Of a stretch of DNA of 64,000 nt, positions 35,342 to 43,887 are shown piece after piece. Both the position numbers and the translations under genes were made by a program. The DNA comes from a virus: positions 32,001 to 96,000 of IMG/VR virus record IMGVR_UViG_3300017605_001304, one strand, 5' to 3'. Below the pieces are notes generated by a model that saw only the letters and a list, made by a program, of their open reading frames with translations, did not search any database and was not told the DNA's origin. Every line of letters starts with the position of its first letter. Position 1 is the first letter of the stretch.

Positions 35342-35737
35342 ATGAACACGACGAAGCTGAGCACGTTCTGCCTTCAGGTCTTCCACAACAAGAACGCCTT
35401 CGGCCCGACCCGCGACCTGCCGCCCGAGTTCGTGTGGGCCGCGTGCGTGACGATCGACGCGCCCGTCGGCATCGATCCCGCCGAGCTCTGTGAGATCGCC
35501 TACGCCGCGACGAACTCGGTCGATCACCCGTGGTTCGACCTGCCGGAGTCCGAGAAGGAACGCATCAAGCAGCCGGTGAACGGCACCTGCGTCATCGACG
35601 TACACGCCGTGAGGCCGACGCCGATCCGCTCGACCAGCGTCGGCGACCGCATCAAGATCACTGGCCGCAACGCTCTCTCGCGTCAGGTGTGGGAGGTCGC
35701 GACCTGCGGCTTCGAGCGCGTCCAGGAGAGGAGCTGA
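35342..35737 (+). CDS. YodL-like domain protein
   Basis: AYAATN...RSTSVGDRI...WEVATCGFERV matches the RSxSVxD...GF signature. Confidence 0.55.
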   Translation: MNTTKLSTFCLQVFHNKNAFGPTRDLPPEFVWAACVTIDAPVGIDPAELCEIAYAATNSVDHPWFDLPESEKERIKQPVNGTCVIDVHAVRPTPIRSTSVGDRIKITGRNALSRQVWEVATCGFERVQERS

Positions 35738-35739
35738 CC

Positions 35740-35973
35740 GTGGCGAAGAGGAAGTCTCTGGAGGAGAGGTCGGCAGAGCTCCGGGCCAAGAACAAGATTG
35801 GCGAGGACGCGCTCGAACTGCTCGCCGCGACTCTCGGAATCACCGAAGACGAGTTCAAGCGCGACGAGGAGGACCGCCCGCTCCGCCTCATGTGCAGCGG
35901 CCGCTACGTCCACGTGCGCGACGATGTCGTCGCGCTCATCATCGAGAAGTTGAACGCCAAGAAGGGGAGCTGA
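35740..35973 (+). CDS. Hypothetical protein, array B
   Basis: GGAGCTGACC-GTG junction. Confidence 0.65.
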   Translation: MAKRKSLEERSAELRAKNKIGEDALELLAATLGITEDEFKRDEEDRPLRLMCSGRYVHVRDDVVALIIEKLNAKKGS

Positions 35974-35975
35974 CC

Positions 35976-36200
35976 ATGGACATCACCATCCCGATCCGCA
36001 CGGTGGAGATGCGCGTCCGTCCCTGCTGGGCTGACGAGGGGCCTGAAGGGTGGCAAGCGAGCTGGATCATCGTCACGCGGCCCTACGACGGTAGCATCGC
36101 CTACAAAGGCCGCGTCGCTCTGACCCCGGAAGCCGCCGAGGCCAACGCGCGAACGTGGTTGAAGTCCCACGCGAGCGAGTACGTCGAGCAGGAGAGCTGA
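35976..36200 (+). CDS. Hypothetical protein, array B
   Basis: GGAGCTGACC-ATG junction. Confidence 0.65.
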   Translation: MDITIPIRTVEMRVRPCWADEGPEGWQASWIIVTRPYDGSIAYKGRVALTPEAAEANARTWLKSHASEYVEQES

Positions 36201-36202
36201 CC

Positions 36203-36430
36203 ATGGCCCACGAGAACACGTCTCCCCAGTGGCGAACGCGGGACACCCGCCTGCCGGACTCGCTCCATCGAGCGATCGAGAAGTACGGCGAAAGCTGCTA
36301 CGACCCGATGGACTGCTCCTACGTGCGACAGGCCGAGAAGGAGAAGACCCAGGCCCGCGGCGAGCTCGAAGCCGCGATCGTGCAGTACGTCGAGGCGAGG
36401 ATCACGCAGGCCCTAGCGTGGAGGAGCTGA
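36203..36430 (+). CDS. Hypothetical protein, array B
   Basis: GGAGAGCTGACC-ATG junction. Confidence 0.65.
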   Translation: MAHENTSPQWRTRDTRLPDSLHRAIEKYGESCYDPMDCSYVRQAEKEKTQARGELEAAIVQYVEARITQALAWRS

Positions 36431-36432
36431 CC

Positions 36433-36675
36433 GTGCGGACCTCGAAAGGCGCGGCGCACCGGCTGCTCGATCAGTTCCGAGCGACCGTGCTCGGGATCCT
36501 GGGACCCGACTACTCGGTCCACCTGAAGTTCAAGGACGTTGGCAAGAGGGTGCTGTTCGACCACTTCATGGTCTGCGATCGCGCCGCGCCGGAGGCGATC
36601 TTCCGCGGCAACGCGGTGGAGGTAGCCGCGTTCATCCGCGGCGTGGGGTACGCGAAGGCCAAGGGCCAACTATGA
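36433..36675 (+). CDS. Hypothetical protein, array B
   Basis: GGAGGAGCTGACC-GTG junction; ends VAAFIRGVGYA, resembling VSRWIGGFRAG in ORF 34650. Confidence 0.65.
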   Translation: MRTSKGAAHRLLDQFRATVLGILGPDYSVHLKFKDVGKRVLFDHFMVCDRAAPEAIFRGNAVEVAAFIRGVGYAKAKGQL

Positions 36676-36902
36676 CCATCGTGAAGAAGGTTCGCTGCGG
36701 CACCTGCCAAGGTCACGGCATCGTGATCATCGGCTACGTGACCGCGAAGACGCCGCCCCGTCCGTACTTCCGCTGCACCGGCTGCAAGACGGAGTGGACG
36801 GCCGGCAACAGCGGCGGGGAATACTTCGCCGCTGCCGTGAAGTACATGAAGAAGAACGGGATCCCGATTCCACCGACGACGCAGGAGGCGCACCCATGCT
36901 GA
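36672..36902 (+). CDS. Zinc-ribbon protein
   Basis: CGTC...FRCTGC; ATGA overlap. Confidence 0.65.
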   Translation: MTIVKKVRCGTCQGHGIVIIGYVTAKTPPRPYFRCTGCKTEWTAGNSGGEYFAAAVKYMKKNGIPIPPTTQEAHPC

Positions 36903-37102
36903 AAGCACGCTACCGTGTCGTGATCATCGAGTCCGAGCGTGACTGGGGCCAGAAGGTCGACAGCTACAAGGACTTCAAGTCGCTCGCCGCGGCGAAGAAG
37001 TTCCAGCGTCGGTACAACGCGCAGAACTCGGCCGCCGTGACGCCCGACTGGTACATGGCCGCGCTCGATCCGGAGCTCGTCGACCTGTCGCAGGAGCGCT
37101 GA
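36896..37102 (+). CDS. Hypothetical phage protein
   Basis: YRVVIIESERDWGQKVD...YNAQN...PDWYMAA; SD AGGAGG. Confidence 0.7.
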   Translation: MLKARYRVVIIESERDWGQKVDSYKDFKSLAAAKKFQRRYNAQNSAAVTPDWYMAALDPELVDLSQER

Positions 37103-37104
37103 AC

Positions 37105-37359
37105 ATGGCCTGGGTCATCGTCGCATGGAACGTCGAGAGCATCGTGAAGATGACGTGCGAGCCGCCGGCTCCGTACGATCGGCTGGACGACTTCCTGGCG
37201 TCGAAAGTCTTCGGCCCGTTCGAGAGCGAGTCGGAGTGTTCCGACTACGCCAAGCGGTACGTCCAGTTCACGCGGTACGAGTACAAGGAACTGAAGCCGC
37301 CGTCGTACGAAATCGCTAGTCGAGATGACCGAGGGCTCGACTCATGCGGTCGGGAGTGA
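37105..37359 (+). CDS. Hypothetical protein
   Basis: FGPFESESEC motif; last gene of array B. Confidence 0.6.
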   Translation: MAWVIVAWNVESIVKMTCEPPAPYDRLDDFLASKVFGPFESESECSDYAKRYVQFTRYEYKELKPPSYEIASRDDRGLDSCGRE

Positions 37360-37360
37360 T

Positions 37361-37672
37361 TCACTTCGTATCGCGGTCCTCGTAGACCTGCGTCTGGAAC
37401 GTGAAGCGGCAGCGGTTGCAGCGGACCCGCAAGTAGCGGCCGGGCAGGTGGCTGTGCGCCGGCTCCGTCCCCTCGTCGTCCGCGTCGAAGACTTCCATGT
37501 AGGTGACGCGCCACTTCATGGCCGCAGGCGAATCGAACCCACTCTCCTCCTTCCCGCAGCCCGGGCAGTGCGCCGGCCGGGTCCCGAACGGGAGCAACTT
37601 GTAGAGGTAGACCGGCATCGTCACGACGTCGCGCCCGAAGGTCTCCTTCTTCACCGGAGCTCCTCCTCTCAA
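37361..37672 (-). CDS. Zinc-ribbon protein
   Basis: CPGC...YLRVRCNRCRF; start uncertain. Confidence 0.6.
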   Translation of the reverse strand: MRGGAPVKKETFGRDVVTMPVYLYKLLPFGTRPAHCPGCGKEESGFDSPAAMKWRVTYMEVFDADDEGTEPAHSHLPGRYLRVRCNRCRFTFQTQVYEDRDTK

Positions 37673-38265
37673 CCGTCGGCCGTTCGAACACGACGGCGCA
37701 CCTCGACGGGCTTACGCCACTCTTCGAGGAACTCGCTCACCGTCTTGGTCAGGTCCGCGAGCGAGCCGTCGTTCTTGACTTCCATCACGCGCAGGCCCGC
37801 AGGCGCTGGCCAGTAGAAGCGCGAGTCGTTCTTGAACGAGCAGCCCTTGCGGTACATGCGGACGAGCACCGAGTGCTCCAGCCCGAAGTCCTCGATCAGG
37901 GCCGCCGCCTCTTCCGGGAACCCCGAGTCCGAGATGACGAACGTCTCCGATCCCCGGTCCATCCGGAACTTCTGGCTCACGTAGCGCCCGAAGAAGTCCT
38001 CGCCGAGCAGCGGCTTGATGAACTTCTCCGACAACGCGATGTACGCCTGCCGCGGCGTCACGCCCCAGAACCGCGCGTTGGGCGTGTCCTTGATGCCCTC
38101 GAACGCGTTGGACGGGACGCTCAGCTCGAAGACGCGGTGCGTGAGCTCCTTCAGGTACGTCGCGAACTTGTCGACGCGCGTGCGCGGCAGCTTCGCGGCG
38201 ACCATGGCCGCGAACGTATCCTTGCCACAGCCGGGCGGACCGTTGACCAGGACCAGGGTGCGCAT
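37669..38265 (-). CDS. Deoxynucleoside monophosphate kinase (T4 gp1-like)
   Basis: NGPPGCGKDT P-loop, KFATYLKE, TPRQAY, FVISDSGFPEE, KNDGSLADL. Confidence 0.85.
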   Translation of the reverse strand: MRTLVLVNGPPGCGKDTFAAMVAAKLPRTRVDKFATYLKELTHRVFELSVPSNAFEGIKDTPNARFWGVTPRQAYIALSEKFIKPLLGEDFFGRYVSQKFRMDRGSETFVISDSGFPEEAAALIEDFGLEHSVLVRMYRKGCSFKNDSRFYWPAPAGLRVMEVKNDGSLADLTKTVSEFLEEWRKPVEVRRRVRTADG

Positions 38266-39557
38266 CAGATCGCTCCTTCAGGGACCCTTCGCTTCTGGGA
38301 GTACGGAGCCCGCGGCTCGTACGCGAAGTTGAGCTGAATCGGAAGATCGACGATCGGACCGTTCTTGCGCGTCCAGAGTTGCATACGCTGCTTCGGACGT
38401 CCGCCTGCAGCCAGCTCCGCTCGCGCGTACTCATTATCAGATTCCGGCGTGCCCCCCATGAAGACCATATGCCCGTTCCAATCCCAGCCGAGGAACTGGT
38501 GGAAGTGGCCGATGAAGCAGTGATCCCACGGCTCCGGGATCGTGTCGAGCCAGCCGGCCATCGCGCGCGTGATGCCATAGAACGGCACGCCTGCGAAGCC
38601 CCCGCGGATCCCGAGGTCGCCGTGGATCAACAGGTTCTTATGGCCGAGCAACTCGTCGACGGCATACCAGCCAAGTGAGATGTTCCAGGTGATCTTGCAC
38701 TTTGGCTTGTTCGTCTGCACGAGGGAATCGGTCATCTGCTTCGCGCAGAGGTAGGAGACCGAGTCCCAGTTCGTGTCAGGATGTGAGTTGTCGTGCCGTG
38801 ACCCCGGCCGTCCGTGGTTACCACGGACGCACACGACGTGGATCTTCTCGAAGTACGCCGTCCAGTACATGAGCATCGCGGAGATGATCTTCGGCGCGTT
38901 GATCACGGCCTGCTCCATCACGGAGCTGTCGATCGAGAAGCCCTGGCGCGGGAAGATCGTCTCACCTTCCACGATGTCGCCGCCGAGGTAGACGCGCAGC
39001 TCTTTGATGCCACGCATCTTGTGGTGGACCTGACAGCACGACGCGACCTTGCGCGCGTACTCCATCAGGCGGCCTTGTGCGATCTCGGTCGAGTAGGAAG
39101 CGGTCGTCTTGCCGAGCTGCACATCGGTCACGTGAGCGAGCGCCACGACCTCTTCTCGCTCCGTCGCGTCGAAGCGGATCGGAGGCGGAAGTTCGATCTT
39201 GCCGTCCCAGTTCTGCAGGATGTCCTTCGCGGTAGCGAGGACGATGTCTTGCAGGCCGCCGCCTACACGAGCCTTTTGCCGCAGCGTCCGATTCTCTTTA
39301 CGGAGGAGCTCCAGCTCGGCCGGGATCTCGTGTCGCTGCTGGGTGGCGGCGCGCTTGGCGCCTTCCCGGGCACTCTGCAAGCTCCGCTTGAGCTCCTTGA
39401 GCTGCTTCTGCAGGAGCCGGACCTTCTCTCCCCACTCGTGCCGTGTCCGGGTCCGCCACTCCCGCGCGGCGTGGACCGACCTCATGAGCTCGTTATGTGT
39501 CATTTGAGCAAGTGCTGGCATCGAAGTCGGACTCCTTCTAAGATGCGGGGCACACAC
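38265..39557 (-). CDS. Calcineurin-like metallophosphoesterase with N-terminal coiled coil
   Basis: HVTDVQLG, LGGDIVEG, RGNHGR, IHGD, IGHFHQ motifs; start uncertain (39503-39557). Confidence 0.85.
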   Translation of the reverse strand: MCAPHLRRSPTSMPALAQMTHNELMRSVHAAREWRTRTRHEWGEKVRLLQKQLKELKRSLQSAREGAKRAATQQRHEIPAELELLRKENRTLRQKARVGGGLQDIVLATAKDILQNWDGKIELPPPIRFDATEREEVVALAHVTDVQLGKTTASYSTEIAQGRLMEYARKVASCCQVHHKMRGIKELRVYLGGDIVEGETIFPRQGFSIDSSVMEQAVINAPKIISAMLMYWTAYFEKIHVVCVRGNHGRPGSRHDNSHPDTNWDSVSYLCAKQMTDSLVQTNKPKCKITWNISLGWYAVDELLGHKNLLIHGDLGIRGGFAGVPFYGITRAMAGWLDTIPEPWDHCFIGHFHQFLGWDWNGHMVFMGGTPESDNEYARAELAAGGRPKQRMQLWTRKNGPIVDLPIQLNFAYEPRAPYSQKRRVPEGAI

Positions 39558-39571
39558 GGAGGGACGAGACC

Positions 39572-39769
39572 ATGGTGGTGATGACGGTGGGTGCTCGGGC
39601 GGTGATCCGCCGGGGCCCGGGGGACTGGCGGATCATCTGCGCGACGTGCCGAGGCGGCGGGTGGACGCCCTACCGCACGCAGGAGCTCGCGCTGGCCTCC
39701 GCCACGCGCGCCTCCGCGAACCCGTGCCCGGTGAAGATGTCGCCCTGCCGGATGCGGGGGCGGCCATGA
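39572..39769 (+). CDS. Small Cys-containing protein
   Basis: CATC...CP...C; ATGA-coupled to the next ORF. Confidence 0.5.
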   Translation: MVVMTVGARAVIRRGPGDWRIICATCRGGGWTPYRTQELALASATRASANPCPVKMSPCRMRGRP

Positions 39770-39981
39770 GAATCGTGAAGCTGCAGACCTCGGTCTACAG
39801 CTCGGACCGTGTCCAGCGCGTGCTGGCGTACGACATGCTGCTAACGATTCAGCACGAGCAGCCCGTCACCTCGGATATCCTGAAACTCCTGCGAGGCCGC
39901 CCGAAGGCGTTCTTCTTTGCAGAGGTAGACGCGAAGGGTATGCTCCAGCTTCACGAGGAGGCGCCATGGCAAGAGTGGTAA
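39766..39981 (+). CDS. Hypothetical phage protein
   Basis: MRIVKLQ...RPKAFFFA...EAPWQEW. Confidence 0.65.
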   Translation: MRIVKLQTSVYSSDRVQRVLAYDMLLTIQHEQPVTSDILKLLRGRPKAFFFAEVDAKGMLQLHEEAPWQEW

Positions 39982-40137
39982 ACCTACGGCCGTACTTCGA
40001 GCCGCTCACGTGGCCGTGGCGCGCGCTGAAGTGGCTGTTCCGCCGCAACCTGCCGATGAGCTGAAGGAGGAGCCGAGAGGGGTCCCTTGCAGGACCGCCC
40101 CAGCTCCTGTAGTCTTCAGGCAAGTGGAGGACTGAGC

Positions 40138-40443
40138 ATGGCAAAGATCCGAGTCTGGCTGGACGATGAGAAGCCGCTCCCGGCGGGCTTCGACGTGCGC
40201 GTGTGCACGGAGTACGAGGCGATCGCGATCCTGCAGGAGCAGGACGTCACGCTGATCAGCCTCGACGGCGACCTGGGCGAGGGCCACGGCAGCGGCTTCG
40301 GCGTCGCCCGCTTCCTCTCCGAGATGTGGGACCAGGACCAGATGCTCGACGTCACGGTCGAGTGCCACTCGCAGAACCCGGTCGAGGCGGCCGCGATCAA
40401 GCGGCTCATGACGCGCTCGGCCGAGCGCCAGAGCGAGAAGTGA
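40138..40443 (+). CDS. Cyclic-phosphate-processing receiver-like (cREC) domain protein
   Basis: VWLDDEKP, EAIAIL, ISLDGDLG, HSQNPV; SD GGAGG. Confidence 0.75.
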   Translation: MAKIRVWLDDEKPLPAGFDVRVCTEYEAIAILQEQDVTLISLDGDLGEGHGSGFGVARFLSEMWDQDQMLDVTVECHSQNPVEAAAIKRLMTRSAERQSEK

Positions 40444-40444
40444 C

Positions 40445-40669
40445 ATGAAGACGCCGTTCAAGGCGAAGCGGGGCCCACGCGAAGTCCTGAGCGAGGCGCT
40501 CGAAGTTCGCGAGCGTGCGCAGATCGCGATCCGTCCCCTCATGACGCCCGAGGACCGCGCGGAGTCGATCCTCGAAATCGAGGAGGCGAAGCTCTTCCTC
40601 GCCAACTCCTGCTTCGTGAACCCGATCCCGATCAAGGTGCAGCCCTTCGTCATCGACGCCGAAGAGTGA
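40445..40669 (+). CDS. Hypothetical protein
   Basis: Tightly packed in the plus-strand island. Confidence 0.55.
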   Translation: MKTPFKAKRGPREVLSEALEVRERAQIAIRPLMTPEDRAESILEIEEAKLFLANSCFVNPIPIKVQPFVIDAEE

Positions 40670-40679
40670 GAATCGAGCC

Positions 40680-40916
40680 GTGCTCGACAGCCCGTTCAAT
40701 CGAGTGGTGCAAGCCTGCTTGTATGCCCCAACCTGTCCGTTCGCGCACGCGGTGCCGGGTAAGGGCGCGGACGCGCTCGATTACCTAAAGGCCCTTGGCG
40801 TCGGGAGCCTCGCAGCAAACTACGTACTCGACAAGATTGGCTCGGCCGTGACGCTGTCGAACGAACCGGAGACCATGCGGCTCGTCCTGCCCGTGCTTTG
40901 CCCGCCGAGGTTCTGA
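40680..40916 (+). CDS. Small paralog 1 of triplet
   Basis: MLDSPFNR...VLDKIG...EPETMR...PPRF. Confidence 0.7.
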   Translation: MLDSPFNRVVQACLYAPTCPFAHAVPGKGADALDYLKALGVGSLAANYVLDKIGSAVTLSNEPETMRLVLPVLCPPRF

Positions 40917-40918
40917 CC

Positions 40919-41167
40919 ATGCTCGTTGACCCGTTAAGCCGACGGTGGGTACGGGATGCACGGGACGCTCTGTCCGATCCGACCCAACGGTTCGACCTGT
41001 CAGGGAGACAATGCGACGTTGCGCGCTTAACTGAGCGCGGCGTCGCCTACAAAGACGCAGTCACCGTGCTTATAGATATCGGGCGAGCTGTCGCTCAAAC
41101 GCCGCTTGGCGAGATTCCAGCTACGCTGAAGCCGGTCTTGTTCGATCTCTTCCCGCCGAGGTTCTGA
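40919..41167 (+). CDS. Small paralog 2 of triplet
   Basis: MLVDPLSR...VLIDIG...TPLGEIPATL...DLFPPRF. Confidence 0.7.
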   Translation: MLVDPLSRRWVRDARDALSDPTQRFDLSGRQCDVARLTERGVAYKDAVTVLIDIGRAVAQTPLGEIPATLKPVLFDLFPPRF

Positions 41168-41169
41168 TC

Positions 41170-41412
41170 ATGCTCCGAAACCCGTTCAACCGAAAGATCC
41201 TGCACACCCTCGTGGACCCATCCTGCGAGTTCGACCTCGATGAAGGGGAAGACGACGCGGCGAGGGTCCTAGAGAACTTCGGAATCGACGAAGTCGATGC
41301 ACTCGACGTGCTTGACGACATCGGCGAAGTCGTAGCCGATACCCCACTTGCCTGCGAGCCCGAGACGCTGATATGGACCTGGGGTGATCTCTTCCCGAAG
41401 AGGCTCTTCTAG
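41170..41412 (+). CDS. Small paralog 3 of triplet
   Basis: MLRNPFNR...VLDDIG...TPLACEPETL...DLFPKRLF. Confidence 0.7.
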   Translation: MLRNPFNRKILHTLVDPSCEFDLDEGEDDAARVLENFGIDEVDALDVLDDIGEVVADTPLACEPETLIWTWGDLFPKRLF

Positions 41413-41414
41413 CC

Positions 41415-42689
41415 TCAGATGTCGTCGATCAGGCTGCTCTGCACCGACTCCATGTTGGCCGGCGTCGCTGTGCTCGGCTCGGCAGCAGGCGCGGTACCTC
41501 CGAGCTCGGTCGTGCCGAGCGACGCGCCCTGTGCGATCAGCTTCAGGTTCGTGATGAAGCTGCCGTGGCGGATCTGCTGCTCGACGTCCCGCACGAAGTA
41601 GTTCCCGGACGTGTAGTGCAGCGTCTGGTCCGTTCGCTTCACGACCTGGACTTCGACCAGATCGTTCGGAGCGAGCTGCGGGTCGCCCAGGATCGAGAGC
41701 GCAGCCTCCCAGCCGCCTTCGCGGGACTGGGTCCACTTCCAGTTGCACCAGGAGTCGATCTCCTGCTGCGTCGAGAACGGCAGGTGGTAGATGCGGCCGC
41801 CCACGTAGGGCGTCTGCGGATCCGGCGTCGTCTCTCCGAACTGGCCGGTCGCGATGAAGTCAGCCGGCGTCGGCACGAGTCCCGGACGCTCGGTCTCGGG
41901 CAGGTCGATGCGGCGCCGCAGCAGCTTGCCGGTCAGCGGGTTGTAGCCGGTCGTGGTGAGGTCGCCGCCACCCATGTGCAGCATGCGGAGCCCGTTGTAC
42001 TGCGAAGCGAAGCTGATGACCTTTGAGTCCTGCCCGGCCCCAAAGACGAACGTCCGTGCAGTCGTCTGCCCTTGGCGCGGCTGGAAATAGAGCGTGTCCC
42101 CCACCACGAAGAAGTGGTAGTTCGCGTAGCCCGCTTCCGAGACTGCGAGCGGCAGCAGGACGTACGTGATGAACTCCGCGTCGCTCATGTTCTGCTGGAA
42201 GAGGCTGAGCGGCCCTGGCCGCGTGCGCACGACCGACTGTTCGGTCGTCTTCAAGCCCATGCGAGCGGCAAGGCGGACGACGATGTCCGAGATGCGATTG
42301 ATCGGATCGCCTTGCGTGTAGGCCCAGAGCGTATCGTACTTGACCGCGCCGTAGAACGTGAGCATGTCAGCGACATGCACGTCCAGGTGCAGGCCCTGCT
42401 CCGAGAAGCGCGAGCGATACTCGTAGACGACGCCCTGGTGCCAGGGAGAGATCGGACCATCGCGCCAGCCGTAGCGGAACTTCACGTCGGAGCTGTTCTT
42501 GAGGATCAAGTTTTCGAGCGTGTCGTACGTCGCGTCGAAGAAGGTGAACGACGCCATGCCAGCAAGCTGCTGCGCGAAGACGTTGTGCGAGAAGTGTTCG
42601 AGGAACTGCGGGATCGCCTCGATGTTCGTGTCGCCGATCACGACCTCCAGGTAGGGCATGCCCGGAGCGTAGGGGTCTCGGTCCGACAT
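41415..42689 (-). CDS. Baseplate hub protein (gpD/gp27-like)
   Basis: FRYGW, ISDIV..LA, QQNMSDAEFI, ILGDPQL, SGNYFVRDVEQQI...FITNLKL. Confidence 0.8.
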   Translation of the reverse strand: MSDRDPYAPGMPYLEVVIGDTNIEAIPQFLEHFSHNVFAQQLAGMASFTFFDATYDTLENLILKNSSDVKFRYGWRDGPISPWHQGVVYEYRSRFSEQGLHLDVHVADMLTFYGAVKYDTLWAYTQGDPINRISDIVVRLAARMGLKTTEQSVVRTRPGPLSLFQQNMSDAEFITYVLLPLAVSEAGYANYHFFVVGDTLYFQPRQGQTTARTFVFGAGQDSKVISFASQYNGLRMLHMGGGDLTTTGYNPLTGKLLRRRIDLPETERPGLVPTPADFIATGQFGETTPDPQTPYVGGRIYHLPFSTQQEIDSWCNWKWTQSREGGWEAALSILGDPQLAPNDLVEVQVVKRTDQTLHYTSGNYFVRDVEQQIRHGSFITNLKLIAQGASLGTTELGGTAPAAEPSTATPANMESVQSSLIDDI

Positions 42690-42692
42690 GCC

Positions 42693-43088
42693 TTACTCCA
42701 GCGTCGATCCCGTCGTCGCCTTGGTCTTGTTGCGGTTGAGCAGGATCGAGTTGATGCGCGTCTTCTTCGGGATCCGGAGCACGGTTCCGGACGGAATGCC
42801 GTCGAGCGCAGGATCGTTCGTGAACTGGTCGATCAGGTCGTTCACGAAGAGCAAGATCCACCAGAACGAGGAGTCGCCGTCGTAGAAGGCGGCGGAGATC
42901 AGGTCGAGCCGCCCGAGCTCGTGCGCCTTCACGACGTAGACGTCGTCGGTGTCGTCCGCCGGGATGTCGGGCGGCTCCCAGGAGCCCCAGACGTAGTCGT
43001 TCGAGGGCTGCCCGTCGGCATCGCGCTCCTGGAGGAGGGGCGTGAGCCGCATCCGGCTAGAGTTCGGGAGAAGAACACGCTTACCCAT
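42693..43088 (-). CDS. Baseplate LysM-like protein (gp53/gpX-like)
   Basis: YVVK...RLDLISAAFYD...WWIL...N...GTVLRIP. Confidence 0.8.
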   Translation of the reverse strand: MGKRVLLPNSSRMRLTPLLQERDADGQPSNDYVWGSWEPPDIPADDTDDVYVVKAHELGRLDLISAAFYDGDSSFWWILLFVNDLIDQFTNDPALDGIPSGTVLRIPKKTRINSILLNRNKTKATTGSTLE

Positions 43089-43116
43089 TGACGGGCTCCC
43101 ACCTGTAATACAGACT
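43088..43116 (+). promoter_or_regulatory. Promoter with partial operator (copy 5)
   Basis: TTGACG-17 bp-CAGACT containing ACCTGTAATACAG (43101-43113), upstream of SD AAGGAG and ORF 43136. Confidence 0.55.
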
Positions 43117-43135
43117 CTGGGGCAAGGAGAGCGCC

Positions 43136-43330
43136 ATGCAGGACCATCCGAACACGCAGACCGCGCACGTCGAGTACACGCCGCAGCCGGACTTCCGTCC
43201 TGCCTGCGAGCTGCTCGCGTACCTCTACCTCTGGGGCGGTCTGCTCGGGCTGGCCGGGATGCTCGCGCTGATCATCAAGAAGCCGGGTGCCCTCGCCGCG
43301 CTGTGCATCGCGCGGCGGATCTCACGGTGA
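43136..43330 (+). CDS. Small membrane protein
   Basis: Hydrophobic LLAYLYLWGGLLGLAGMLALII; own promoter and SD; antisense to the tail operon. Confidence 0.6.
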   Translation: MQDHPNTQTAHVEYTPQPDFRPACELLAYLYLWGGLLGLAGMLALIIKKPGALAALCIARRISR

Positions 43331-43885
43331 GGGCGTGAGCCCGCGCCGCGTGAGGATGCCGTCCCGAACGAGCGTCGCGGTCGGCGGGGTCGAGTTGATC
43401 TCGTCCAAGGACAGCGTGGCCGTCGCGTGCATCGGCAGGATGTCCGAGACGAACTCATTGGCGCCGGGCTGACCGACGTCGCGCTCGAAGGCCCAAGGCC
43501 CGTCGAAGACGATGCTCACCGACTTCACGATACACAGCGACTGCAGCGTGTTACCGAAGAAGAGGCGCGTCAGCGGCGGGAAGCCCGTCGCGTTGTCCGG
43601 ATAGACCAACGCCTCCAGCCAGTCCGCCTTGCGCCTCACGTCGTCGAAGGCGTTCCCGTTGTCCCCCGCGTCCACGGACGCGAAGAAGCGCATCGTGAAC
43701 GCGATGTTGCGCGGGCTCGACGCACGGTACGCACGGTACGGCTCGCCACGCCCGACGACTTCTGTGGAACCCCACTCCGCCGACTTCGAGATCGTCAGCG
43801 TGTCCGGGATCATCTGGAAGTGCAGGCGCTCGGAAGGCTTCGCATCCAAGAACAGGTAGGCAAGATCAAATACCGCGACGGCCAT
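43322..43885 (-). CDS. Tail tube initiator (gp48/gp54 / CIS-tube-like)
   Basis: FQMIPDTL..SKSAEW...GRGEP..Y...R...LEALVYP...PPL..LFFG...SVSI...LSLDEI. Confidence 0.75.
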   Translation of the reverse strand: MAVAVFDLAYLFLDAKPSERLHFQMIPDTLTISKSAEWGSTEVVGRGEPYRAYRASSPRNIAFTMRFFASVDAGDNGNAFDDVRRKADWLEALVYPDNATGFPPLTRLFFGNTLQSLCIVKSVSIVFDGPWAFERDVGQPGANEFVSDILPMHATATLSLDEINSTPPTATLVRDGILTRRGLTPSP

Positions 43886-43887
43886 GG

